DNA of 64,000 bases, taken from an uncultured delta proteobacterium (GTDB taxonomy: Bacteria > Desulfobacterota > Desulfobacteria > Desulfobacterales > JAFDCJ01). Shown in pieces: positions 31,798 to 41,858 of this stretch; position 1 is the stretch's first letter, and every line of letters begins with the position of its first letter. The DNA lies in NCBI GenBank assembly GCA_963769935.1, contig CAVYNY010000034.1:1-64000 (forward strand). The letters are read 5' to 3'. A model generated the notes under the pieces. It did not search any database. It was not told the origin of the DNA and worked only from the letters and a program-made list of their open reading frames with translations. The translations under genes were made by a program, and so were the position numbers.

Positions 31798-32060
31798 CTT
31801 GCCAGAAGTCCAACTATCAAATTTTATACGATTTATGCAGATACTTTATGGATACACGTACCCTATCGTATCTGGGAATCTGGTGTCAAATTGAAATCAA
31901 AAAAATGGGATTTTGACTGGCAAAAATGTAAAATCCAGATTGCCAAACTAACCTTTTTTGTTGGGATATAATTTGCGAATCTCACCGCTTTTAAGCGCTT
32001 GCCATTTTGTTTTCATCGCATCAGATGTGATTTATTGCTTGAGAAAATACGTTTACAGTA
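31798..32060 (+). repeat. 263-bp non-coding direct repeat, copy 2
   Basis: Identical by eye to 22456-22718. Confidence 0.92.
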
Positions 32061-32110
32061 TCGGTACTTTTGGGATGTCGATTTTTGTACAGATACCATA
32101 GCAGGATATC
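32051..32110 (+). other. Putative recombination site, class A
   Basis: GTTTACA-GTATCGGTAC-N19-GTACAGATAC-CATAGCAGGATATC. Confidence 0.7.
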
Positions 32111-32148
32111 ACAGGGGTCACCCAGCTTTTGAATAGTTTTGATAAAAT

Positions 32149-32190
32149 CAAATAAGAGGGCAGTGCCAAATAACACTGCCCTCTTATTTG
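32149..32190 (-). terminator. 17-bp stem hairpin downstream of the sulfurtransferase
   Basis: CAAATAAGAGGGCAGTG-N8-CACTGCCCTCTTATTTG. Confidence 0.75.
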
Positions 32191-32199
32191 TTGAAATAT

Positions 32200-33138
32200 C
32201 TACTCAGTTGCTATTGGCCTTGTTTTGTCTGATATCCATTCTATCCAAGAACCGTCATAAAGGCTGACTCGGTTATATCCAAGCTGATAGAGAGCAAATA
32301 AATCGAAAGCCCCACCATAGCCTGCACCGCAGTAAGTGATCACTTTGTCCTGCGGATTAGCTTTTAGTTTGCTCCAATGTTCTTTAAGCTCAACCGGAGC
32401 GAGAAGAAGTCCGTTTTCTGTGTTTATATTGGACGGTCCGGGAATGTTTATCGCCGACGGAATGTGGCCAGGCGGCGCTGTACTGGGACTAAACGGCTTT
32501 CTGCCAAAATGATGATCGGCGTTCAAAGCATCTACGAGATAAATGTTATCCTGCTCTATCGCTTGTTTAACATCTTCTATGTCTGCTATTAAGCTTGCCT
32601 GAGTTTTTGCTTTATAGACTGTTGGTGTCGCTACGGACGCTGCAGTTTCTATTTCTCTGCCCTCCGTCTTCCATTTCCCCAAGCCGCCGTTTAAAATTTT
32701 CACATTGTCATGCCCATAGTACATCAATGCCCACCACAGTTTTGCAGCCCAAGATCCACCAAATTCATCGTAAACAACAACCGTTGTATCATTGCCGATG
32801 CCTAACTCTCCCATCAAATTCTCAAATTGACTCTCCGGCAAAATTAGCAAGGGAACCCGGCCCTTTGGGTCTGAGAGCTGACCGATAACATCCAGTGAAA
32901 CAGCACCTGGTATATGCCCTTTATTGTATGAATCTGGATTGATGAACGATACAGTGCAATCTACAATTCGGATATCATTATCCATGAGATGCGTTTGCAG
33001 CCAATCAGTCGATGCAAGAGCTTCAGGATGGGCGTATTGCGGTTTGCCATTGTCAGCATGCATTTCACCTGTAGATAAAAAACCTATCAGAACCGCCGAA
33101 AGTATGATCCCTAATAAAACGGCTGGCAGCTTTTTCAT
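32200..33138 (-). CDS. Tandem-rhodanese sulfurtransferase, probably exported
   Basis: GHIPGA, LNGG, active-site YCGAG and LYDGSWIEW motifs; signal peptide. Confidence 0.9.
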   Translation of the reverse strand: MKKLPAVLLGIILSAVLIGFLSTGEMHADNGKPQYAHPEALASTDWLQTHLMDNDIRIVDCTVSFINPDSYNKGHIPGAVSLDVIGQLSDPKGRVPLLILPESQFENLMGELGIGNDTTVVVYDEFGGSWAAKLWWALMYYGHDNVKILNGGLGKWKTEGREIETAASVATPTVYKAKTQASLIADIEDVKQAIEQDNIYLVDALNADHHFGRKPFSPSTAPPGHIPSAINIPGPSNINTENGLLLAPVELKEHWSKLKANPQDKVITYCGAGYGGAFDLFALYQLGYNRVSLYDGSWIEWISDKTRPIATE

Positions 33139-33205
33139 AATTGCCTCCTTTCTTTTAAATGAATTGCACCAGAAATGGTTTCAAAGCTTTCGATAAGGTT
33201 CAAGG

Positions 33206-33358
33206 TCAGGGCGGCCGGATGCGTTCAACCGCCCCGCAGTGATAGGATTTTAAGGTTCTTACAGTGGCTTCTTCACGATCGCCCATGAGACGACTGTAGC
33301 CTTCGACGTCTGCGCTGAGAATTGCGGTGAACTTTAGCTTAAAACCTTCATCTGCCAT
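33206..33358 (-). pseudogene. Truncated 5' remnant of an adenylate/guanylate cyclase paralogue
   Basis: MADEGFKLKFTAILSADVEGYSRLMGDREEATVRTLKSYH then unrelated sequence and a stop; homologous to the start of 26243-28552. Confidence 0.85.
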
Positions 33359-33579
33359 AACAGCATCCCCATTATTAAGGTTTCAAACTTAGGAACTCAG
33401 AATGTAGATTTTTCGAAGAAACGCAGTATCAGATGAGCAGCAGAAGTTGATGCAGCAATTGGAGAACCGCTTCAAGTCAGATGGAATAGGAGGATCTGAA
33501 ATAGTTTATATGTGCCGATACCAAAATCGAAGGGTTTAGTCAACAGAATTAAAATTCAAGTTAATAGTGATATATTAGA

Positions 33580-33694
33580 ATATCACAAATCCACCCGAAG
33601 TGCAGATTTGTAAGATGAAAGCTCAAAAATATCGTACATTCAAATTGTAAATATTTCTTGCCACTATCCCCAGTTAACAGCTTTTATGGATACT
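33580..33694 (+). other. Class B site and partial class C site (right edge of the array)
   Basis: ATATCACAAA-N10-GTGCAGATTTGTAAGATGA; CTTGCC 77 nt downstream, as for 31721/31798; TTTATGGATAC. Confidence 0.55.
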
Positions 33695-33722
33695 TTTCAA
33701 ATACCTCACGTTTTTCCGGAAA

Positions 33723-34721
33723 TCACAGATCAGTCCAATTAAGGATTCCGGAATTCAAGTCGAAAATTCCGTCACCCTGTGTATCGGCTTCAATTCTGTA
33801 ATGCAATTGATCCATGGCAATTAATTGGGCTTTGGTAGCGCTATCTCCCTGGATGACCAGTTGACCCGAGGCGGGCCAGTCGTCTTCTTCAAAAACGACA
33901 AAGGGTGCCGTTGTCGTCAACGTCACGAATCCACTATCAGGGTTGTAGAAAGTGCCGAAGATTTCTATTTCAACACGATCGGCAAACTCGTAAAGATTGA
34001 TACTATAGTCTTTCAGCCAGTAAACCTGACCGGATTGTTTATCCTTGCTATAGGCGGTAAACGTTGCAACGATGGGTGTTGCGGTAAAGTCCAATGAAAT
34101 TTCGCCGTCCAAGGTGTGCGATTCATCGGAAAGATCAGTAAATGAGAAGGTAGCTGTATCGAAAACTCCGGAACTTACTTCAAAGGTTCCATCAACATCG
34201 GTTTCGCCGGATACCGTAATCTCGTCATCGCAATAATCGGTCAATACAAGGTCTCCGCTGAATGTTCCGGAAATCCTGTCAAAGGTCAATGTGTAGGAAA
34301 GCTCACCTCCGCAACCGCCTCTCAAATTATTGCTTTCGGTGATGACGTTTGAACGGCTTGAAATATTCAATTCCGTATCCAACTCAATCCTGCGAAGACT
34401 ATCCGCCAGCAGCAGGGGGAATCTCAAGGGACGAAAAACATCTATTTGATCAGGATCGGTGCGTTGGCTCAATTTTAAGCTTTTGGGTGCAGCGCTTGAC
34501 TGGCCGCCGGCAAACGCACCCGCGGCAAGAGATTCAGCATTCGACGGCGTAATTGCCGCCTGTAGGGTAGTGCCGCTAAATCCGATTGTAGTTTGATCGT
34601 CTGTTTGATTTTTATCGTTGTTGACGTCACCGCTGCTGTAGATGACGACGCATCCCCCATATATGTAGGGCAGGGCGGAGGCCAAAAGAATAATAATGAT
34701 AATAAATTTAAGATTCTTCAT
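33723..34721 (-). CDS. Hypothetical exported protein or lipoprotein, acidic and beta-rich
   Basis: Hydrophobic N-terminus followed by GGC; no family recognised. Confidence 0.7.
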   Translation of the reverse strand: MKNLKFIIIIILLASALPYIYGGCVVIYSSGDVNNDKNQTDDQTTIGFSGTTLQAAITPSNAESLAAGAFAGGQSSAAPKSLKLSQRTDPDQIDVFRPLRFPLLLADSLRRIELDTELNISSRSNVITESNNLRGGCGGELSYTLTFDRISGTFSGDLVLTDYCDDEITVSGETDVDGTFEVSSGVFDTATFSFTDLSDESHTLDGEISLDFTATPIVATFTAYSKDKQSGQVYWLKDYSINLYEFADRVEIEIFGTFYNPDSGFVTLTTTAPFVVFEEDDWPASGQLVIQGDSATKAQLIAMDQLHYRIEADTQGDGIFDLNSGILNWTDL

Positions 34722-35072
34722 GTGATATCCCCTGGGTTTCATTGCTTTTTGACTCAGGATCCAATATTTTAGCTATTTTCTCTTTTCTTTGCCGCTGTGT
34801 GAGGTAAGGCGTCATATACACTTCAAGAATTAACTTTTCGCGGTCCCGTTTTATGCCGGCGGCTTCCTCGATTTTGGAAACCAGTTTTTCTATTTCGATG
34901 ACTTTGCATAAAAAAAACCTCAGCTCGTCAGATTACAGCCAAGGTCTTTTCAAAATAAATCATGATTTTCATTGCTCCGGATCTAATTTTGCCGATTATT
35001 TTTCCAAACCAATGTCCGCAAAACTACCACGCCGGCAAATTCAGATCAAGATAAACCTGTATCGCGTTCTTT

Positions 35073-36654
35073 TTACTCCAGTTTTGCGATTCGCTCCTTG
35101 GCACCCGTGTATATTTGCCTCAGTTTGGGCTTTTCGATTTTACCCGTGGGACTGCGCGGAACTTCCCCGAAAATGATTTTGCGGGGCCGTTTGTATCTGG
35201 GCAGCTGTTCACAGAACGTTGCTATTTCCGCTTCGGTCAGGGTCTGGTTGGGTTTGGCCTTGATAATGGCGGCAGCGATTTCGCCCAGACGCTCGTCGGG
35301 CATGCCGATGACGCCGACATCCTGTACCTTGGGATGACCCATGATATGGCTTTCAATCTCCACCGGAAAGATGTTCTCGCCGCCGGTGATAATGACGTCC
35401 TTGGCGCGGTCAACCAGCCAGATAAAGCCGTCTTCATCCATGCGGGCGATGTCGCCGGTATGCAGCCAGCCGTCTCTGAGGGTGGCAGCGGTGGCCTCGG
35501 GATTTTTGTAATATTCCCGCATAACGCCGGGCCCTCTGACCAGCAGTTCACCGGGTTCACCTGGGGCCGCCGGCCGGGATTCAAAATCAACGATCCGGCA
35601 TTCCCAGTCAAATCCGGGAACGCCGATGGCCCCGACTTTGTGGGTGTTTTCAAGGCCCAGATGCACGCAGCCCGGGCCGGTAGATTCGGTCAGGCCATAG
35701 TTGGTATCGTAGTCATGGCGGGGGAAAGCCTTTTTCCATTTTTTTATCAGGCTTGGCGGAATCGGTTGGGCACCGATGTGCATCAGCCGCCATTGGTCCA
35801 GTTGATAGTCGTCAAGATTTACATCTCCGTTTTCAATGGCTATCAGGATATCGTGGGCCCAGGGGACCAGCAGGAAGATATTGGTGACATGTTCTTCGGA
35901 AATAGCCTCCAATATCCACTTCGGGTTTAACCCTTTCAGCAGAACACCTCTCGCCCCGACCATAAAATTGCCGAACCAGTGCATTGTGGCGCCCGTGTGA
36001 TAGAGGGGGGGAATACACAGGAAGGTATCTGCGTGGGTCTGATAATGATGACGGTTTTCCACATAACAGGAATGTTCCAGATTGCGGTGGGTCAAATGCA
36101 CCGCTTTGGGGGTGCCCGTGGTTCCCGAGGTAAAATACAGCGCGGCACTGTCAAGTAAATCGAATACGACCGGCGGGGCCTCCGATGACGCGGAAGCCAA
36201 CAAATCCGTGTATTGCTCGGCAAACGCGGGACGTTTTTCTTCGGGGCCTACAAATACGTAGATTGCCACCGTTTTATCCAGGTCAGCTTTAATCTGTTTC
36301 AACCCGACCGATAAACTCCTCGCCGAATACCAAGGCCTTGGCCTCTGCAATTTCATTGCACAACTTGATATCATCGGCGGCAAACCTGAAATTGAGCGGC
36401 ACCACCCAGGCGCCGGTGCGCAGGATGCCGAAATAAGCAGGGAGCCATTCGATGCAATTCATCATCAGGTGAATGACTTTATCGCCTTTTTGAATTCCCC
36501 TGGCAATCAGGGCGTTGGCCACCCGGTCGGCTGCGGTGTCGAATTCCTGCCAGGTGATTTCCCGCCGGCTGTTATTGGCAGGGTCCCGTTCGATCAGGGC
36601 AGCTTCCGGGCCGTAGACGCGGGCATTGCGGGCTAAAATTTCAGTTATCAGCAA
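35073..36654 (-). CDS. Acyl-CoA synthetase (AMP-forming), frameshifted near 36298
   Basis: N-part 36289-36654 and C-part (FTSGTTGTPK, YGLTE, GWLHTGD, PRSPTGK) join if one A is removed from GAAACAG. Confidence 0.85.
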
Positions 36655-36842
36655 AGCGTGCTCCTCTCTGTCCAGTGTCGAGTTGTTGTTAAACCAGATG
36701 TGGCCGTTGACCAGTTTTCCCCATCTTCATCTGGGAGTTATGCGTTATTTGTTGTGGTTAATAGTTTGAGAGAAACAACATTTTTTTTTGCGATTTGTTG
36801 GGTTTCGCCCTCTGATCCGCATTTCATAAATGGCTGATATTC

Positions 36843-36899
36843 GTAGGTTGGGTTAAAGTATAAAACGCAACATGATTCGTCCGGCTCAACCCAACCTAC
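36843..36899. repeat. GTAG-family REP doublet
   Basis: GTAGGTTGGGTT ... AACCCAACCTAC. Confidence 0.7.
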
Positions 36900-36965
36900 G
36901 GACTCGATCTGGGTAGTTGTAATTGGAACCTTCACCAATAACTAATAACCGGTAACTAATAACTT

Positions 36966-38546
36966 TTAATCTAGCTTTTTAAAGGCCTCCTTGCGGCCGG
37001 TGTATTTCTCCCGCATTTTGGGCTTCATGAGTTTGCCGGTCGGATTGCGCATGACCGGATCGAAGATTATCTTGCGCGGCACCTTGTATGTGGCCATTTT
37101 GGTTTTGGCGTATTCAACCAGCTCCTCTTCCGTCATCGATTCCCCCTGCTTCAGCTGAACGATGGCCAGCACAATTTCAACCAGCCGTTCGTCGGGATAT
37201 CCGATGCAGGCCACATCGTCGATCTTGGGATGGTCCATCAGGGCATCTTCAATCTCTACGGGGAATATATTTTCCCCGCCGCTGGTGACCATGTCCTTGG
37301 CCCTGTCGACGATATAGTAATAGCCCTGCTCGTCGGCTTTTACCAGATCGCCGGTATGCAGCCAGCCGTCTTTAAGGGTTCTTTTGGTCATATCCGGATT
37401 CTGAAAATAGCCCTTCATCATGCGGTTGGTCTTAAGCAAAAGCTCGCCGACTTCTCCGGGCGTTACATCGTTGCCTTCAAAATCAACAATCCTGGCATCC
37501 ATGCCGAAAGTGGGTTTGCCGATGGAGCCGGGTCTCTCAAGCACCTCCTCCGGATAGAGATTAAACAGACCGCCGCCGCCGCCCTCGGTGATTCCGTAGA
37601 TATTGGAGCAGCCGCAGGGCAGGGTATCCACCAGCCGCTTCATGACATCGAAGGGTACCGGCTGGGCCCCGATCTCCATGTAACGCCAGCGGGTCAGGTC
37701 ATAGTCGGCCAGTTTAATCTCGCCTTTTTTGATGGCGTTCAATATGGCAATGGCGATGGGTACGACAAAAAGAACATCAGTGGCCTTTTCTTCGGCCATC
37801 GCTTCAATGATCCATTTGGGGTCGCTGAACTCTCTGAGTATTGTTCCGGTGGCGCCGGTGGCGTAAAAGGGCGCCCACAAAAACATGGTGCCGCTGTGAT
37901 ACAGCGGCAGGAAGAAAACATAGTTGTCATTTTTCTCGATAAAATAGCTCATGCCGTTGCCGATGGCCGTATTGTTCAGGGAATAATGGGTATGCAGAAC
38001 CGGCTTCGGGTCGCCCGTTGTACCGGAGGTAAACATCATGGCCAGGTCATGCTGATCATCCACATCAACCATCGCTTCAGAGATGTCTTCATAGGCGGCC
38101 ATAGTTTGATAGTCGATCATGTCATCCGGTACTTCGGCGCCCACGCAGATATAATTTTCTACCGTTTTCAAGTCCTTTTGGATCGGCTGAACCACCGGCA
38201 GAAATTCCGAGCCCAACAGAAAGGCTTTGGGTTGGCAAATATTGGCGGCGTACTGGATATCCCTGCCCACAAATCGAAAATTAAGGGGCACAACGATCGC
38301 ACCGAGCTTGATAATGGCATAATAGGTGATAAGCCATTCCAGGGAATTGTTCTGCAAATGCATTACAAAGTCGCCGTCTTTTACTCCCAGTTCCTTGGAT
38401 AAATAATTGGCCGATTTATTTATCTCATCATTAAACTGGTGCCAGGTGAGGGTGCGTCTTAAGTTTTTTGAGGGGGTTCTTTCGATGAGGCATACTTTAT
38501 CAGACAAATGGCGGGCGTGGATTGCGGCATAACTGGCGTAGTTCAT
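36966..38546 (-). CDS. Acyl-CoA synthetase (AMP-forming)
   Basis: FTSGTTGDPK, YGITE, GWLHTGD and RNPTGK motifs. Confidence 0.93.
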   Translation of the reverse strand: MNYASYAAIHARHLSDKVCLIERTPSKNLRRTLTWHQFNDEINKSANYLSKELGVKDGDFVMHLQNNSLEWLITYYAIIKLGAIVVPLNFRFVGRDIQYAANICQPKAFLLGSEFLPVVQPIQKDLKTVENYICVGAEVPDDMIDYQTMAAYEDISEAMVDVDDQHDLAMMFTSGTTGDPKPVLHTHYSLNNTAIGNGMSYFIEKNDNYVFFLPLYHSGTMFLWAPFYATGATGTILREFSDPKWIIEAMAEEKATDVLFVVPIAIAILNAIKKGEIKLADYDLTRWRYMEIGAQPVPFDVMKRLVDTLPCGCSNIYGITEGGGGGLFNLYPEEVLERPGSIGKPTFGMDARIVDFEGNDVTPGEVGELLLKTNRMMKGYFQNPDMTKRTLKDGWLHTGDLVKADEQGYYYIVDRAKDMVTSGGENIFPVEIEDALMDHPKIDDVACIGYPDERLVEIVLAIVQLKQGESMTEEELVEYAKTKMATYKVPRKIIFDPVMRNPTGKLMKPKMREKYTGRKEAFKKLD

Positions 38547-38564
38547 TTCGATCCTCCTGATTCT

Positions 38565-40122
38565 TTACTTACTGAATTTTTCTCTAAGTTTGCGGTGAAG
38601 TATCTTGCCGGTCGGCGTGCGCGGCATCTCGTCCGGTTCAATAAATATCACTTCCTTGGGCGTCTTGTAACCGGCTATCTGGCCCCGGCAGCATTCTCTG
38701 ATCATCTCCTCGGTGATGTCTTCCGGCCGGATGCCGTTTTTTTTAACCACAACGGCCGTCACTTTTTCACCCCACTTATCATCAGGCAGTCCGATCACCG
38801 CACAATCCAGAACGCACTCGTGACTGCCGACGATTTCCTCCACTTCGCTGGGATAGACATTTTCACCACCGGTTATGATCATATTTTTTTTGCGGTCCAC
38901 CAGGTGGTAAAAACCATCTTCGTCCCGCCGGGCCATGTCGCCGGCCGAAAAAAAGCCGTCTTTAAACGATTCCGCAGTCAGGTCAGGCAGTTTATAGTAC
39001 TCGTCAAAGAGCATGGGCCCGCGGGAGTACAATTCGCCGATCTCACCATCGGGAACTTCACGGCCGTTGTCATCCAGGATCCGAATAATATCGGAACCGA
39101 GCGCTTCAAAGCCGATGGAGCCGAGCTTTGTCATCTGGTATTCGGGCTTTAAAATGGTTACAATGCCGCCTTCAGTTGAGCCATACGCTTCGTAGAGCTC
39201 CACCCCGGAGAAAAATTCCATGACCGCCTGCTTCATACTCTTGCGTCCGGGCGCGGAGGAGCAGAGCAGCTTGCGAATACTGCTGACATCGCGTTTTTTG
39301 GCATCCTCAGGTGCGTTTAAAATCAGGGTGTAATGGGTTGGAATCAGCGATATGAAAGTAATTTTATGCCTTTCGATGATTTCCAGAATTTCTTCCGGCT
39401 TAAAACCGATGGCCGGATGAATGATAGGCGGAGCCGCCGATGTAGAGAAAGGTGAAGGTAAAATATATGGAGTTGATGTGGCACAAAGGCATCACATTCA
39501 GGCAAACGTCCTTTTCGCTGAACCCGAAATCAACGGCATTGTGCAGATAATAGGCCACGTGGGATTCATGGGAGCGGATAACCCCTTTCGGTTTGCCGGT
39601 GGTACCGGAGGTGTAGATGAGGATCCAGGTGTCCCGGATATCCAGCGCCACATCGGGTTCATCATCGACGGCGTCTTTGATGAATTCTTCATACTCGCGG
39701 TAGCCCGATTCCGGTTTGCCGACCATTACGAAATTTTTCGAAGAAATATTTTGCAGTTTGTCTTTTATGGGCCGCACCGCAGCGGCAAACAGGTCGTGGA
39801 CGACAAAGGCTTTGGCATCCGAATTGTTGACAATGTACTCGACCTCGGGGCCGGCCAGCCGAAAATTTATCGGCACCATAATGATGCCGGTTTTGGCGGT
39901 GGCTAAAAACAGTTCGACAATTTCGATACTGTTTTCGAGCAAGACGGCCAGTTTGTCTCCTTTCTGAAGCCCCAGTGACATCAGACTGTGGGCAAGCCGG
40001 TTCACCCGCTTGTTCAATGCCGGATAGGTAAATGACCGGTCCTTGTCCATTAGTGCAACCGTATCCGGAAACTTTTTAGCGTTTAATTTTTGCATTTGAC
40101 CTAAGTTCAGCCAAAAGGACAT
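38565..40122 (-). CDS. Acyl-CoA synthetase (AMP-forming), frameshifted near 39424
   Basis: YTSGTTGKPK in 39400-40122; after one extra base it continues IHPAIGFKPEEILEIIERHKITF into 38565-39236 (YGSTE, PRTPTGK). Confidence 0.85.
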
Positions 40123-40317
40123 TGGGGGTACCTCCCTGCGCGTATGAGATTATTTCGAATTAACAGGCTGCTATTGTTTGCCATCTCTGGTTATGAAAGT
40201 GAGCTAAAATTGTAAATGATCTAAAATGATCTAAAATTAAGGAATCCTATCATTAAAAAAAAGATAAGATACATGAATTTTAGGCATTTTAAATTTTAGG
40301 CAATTTAGGCATTTTTT

Positions 40318-41565
40318 TTACCTTCTCTCCTCCAGCTGTTCGATAAACGCCTCTACATTGGTCTTGGTCTGCTCGTCGGAGAGCAGGCGCAGGTCGTTCA
40401 AATCCCCCTGAATCGTCAGACTGGGGACGCCCGTTTCCTGCTCAAGTCTTTGCGGCATGCCATAGCGGCAGTTGGAGTTGTTGGGACAGGTTTTGGCGTC
40501 ATGGTAGATAATACCGTCAATTTTGTAGAAATCCAGCATGTCCCGGATATATTTTTCCTTGGCCGCATCGGATCGCACGATAAATAATTCCGTGTAGGCC
40601 TCCGCCATGCTGTTGAACGGATCTTCGGGATTCAACCTGGAGAAAATCCAGCTGTTGCAGTAGGTCGATGCGAGAACGCTGGCCTTGAGTCCGGCAAATA
40701 ACTCGGAATGGGCCCGCAGCCTGCCCCAAACCGGCATACCCTCCCAGTAGATCCTGAAACGCTCGTCGTCGATTGCGCCTTCACCGTCTTTTATTCGTTC
40801 TATCAATTCGGCGAGCAGCATCTTGTAGACGTCCACGGCCGCTTGCGTGCCCCGGCCGACCACGGCCGGCCCCATGAGAGTGGCGGCATCAAAAAAGGTT
40901 AAGGGTGTTGGTTGAGTAGCTGCCGTTTCCAGCACTTTTCGCCAGAGTTCGGAACATTCCCGCGACAGTGCGACGACCCGCTTCAATTCATCCAGCTTAA
41001 AGGATTGGCCGGCGATTTTTTCCAGCTGTCCGGCAAGCTCCTCCATTTGTCTGGCAATGGAACCGACCAGGGCATTGGTAACATCGCCCACGTTGCGGTG
41101 GGTGTAGACGCCCAACACCGGTGCGTTGAATTTTTCCCCGTACCAGGAAAACCAGTCCTGAACATCCCGGCACTGGTTCGTATTAAACACCAGGACATCC
41201 GGCTGCGGGATGCCGGTGATGCCTTCATAGGCCTTGGCCAGCGGGGTCACGCCTTTCAAAAAAGCGCCGATGTCGGCGGTCAGGTAGGAACATATATCCG
41301 GCGAGTAGCCCAGCGCATTGGCCTCCGGGATGAGATCCGATGCCATGCGGGTGGCACCCAGCATGGCGGAATGCGTTTCCGGAAAGTAAACCAGAAACCC
41401 CAGGGCTCTTAATATTTCCGCCGGACCGACACTGGTGCACCAGGCGATTTTGGGGTCACCGGCCTTGGCGGCATCGTTCAGTTCGTAATAATAATCCGCC
41501 ATGTATTTGCTGACGGCAGCGGCGGATTTTAGTTTCTTTCTGCTTATTTTTTTTTCTGAAGGCAT
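40318..41565 (-). CDS. 2-hydroxyacyl-CoA dehydratase / class I benzoyl-CoA reductase B-subunit family protein
   Basis: YFPE, GYSPDICSY, NQC, IDGIIYH...C and IQGDLND..EQ.KT.VEAF motifs. Confidence 0.85.
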   Translation of the reverse strand: MPSEKKISRKKLKSAAAVSKYMADYYYELNDAAKAGDPKIAWCTSVGPAEILRALGFLVYFPETHSAMLGATRMASDLIPEANALGYSPDICSYLTADIGAFLKGVTPLAKAYEGITGIPQPDVLVFNTNQCRDVQDWFSWYGEKFNAPVLGVYTHRNVGDVTNALVGSIARQMEELAGQLEKIAGQSFKLDELKRVVALSRECSELWRKVLETAATQPTPLTFFDAATLMGPAVVGRGTQAAVDVYKMLLAELIERIKDGEGAIDDERFRIYWEGMPVWGRLRAHSELFAGLKASVLASTYCNSWIFSRLNPEDPFNSMAEAYTELFIVRSDAAKEKYIRDMLDFYKIDGIIYHDAKTCPNNSNCRYGMPQRLEQETGVPSLTIQGDLNDLRLLSDEQTKTNVEAFIEQLEERR

Positions 41566-41617
41566 GTGTTCGCACTGAATAAATCTATATGGCTATTTAG
41601 GTTGAAATTTATGCCCG

Positions 41618-41722
41618 GTGGGAGTGGTTTTCCCTCCGGGGCGTAAGCCCTGCGGGCTGGAGGCAACCACGCTTTTAGATGGTGTCCCGACCGAGTTCAT
41701 CGCGGTTGAAAACCGCTCCCAC
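41618..41722. repeat. REP/REPIN-like element with nested insert
   Basis: GTGGGAGTGGTTTT ... AAAACCGCTCCCAC; shares the CCTCCGGGGCGTAAGCCCT..GGGCTGGAGG insert with 7535-7672. Confidence 0.75.
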
Positions 41723-41858
41723 AACACCTTTAACATAGGTTTAGGTACCAAAAAAAGTTTCGTCTTAGATCAAACTGGCCGCTTCGGCGGAAACGCTGAA
41801 CCTTAAATCCTTTGCCCTAAACCTTTTTACCTTTGGCCTTTTACCTTTAACCTTTTTC

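Noticed and set aside
31771..31971. 66-aa ORF overlapping the 263-bp repeat
   Set aside because: Its start lies outside the repeated segment, it overlaps site C and has no RBS or motif; the module is treated as non-coding.
16250..33720. pdif/XerCD module array
   Set aside because: No 11-6-11 dif-like sites (TTATGTTAAAT-type arm) were seen; the repeated sites have 19-21 nt spacings.
37230..38402. Long antisense ORFs (also 4754-5692, 52806-53540, 57714-58472 and others)
   Set aside because: They are shadow frames opposite well-supported genes in GC-rich coding DNA and show no motifs.
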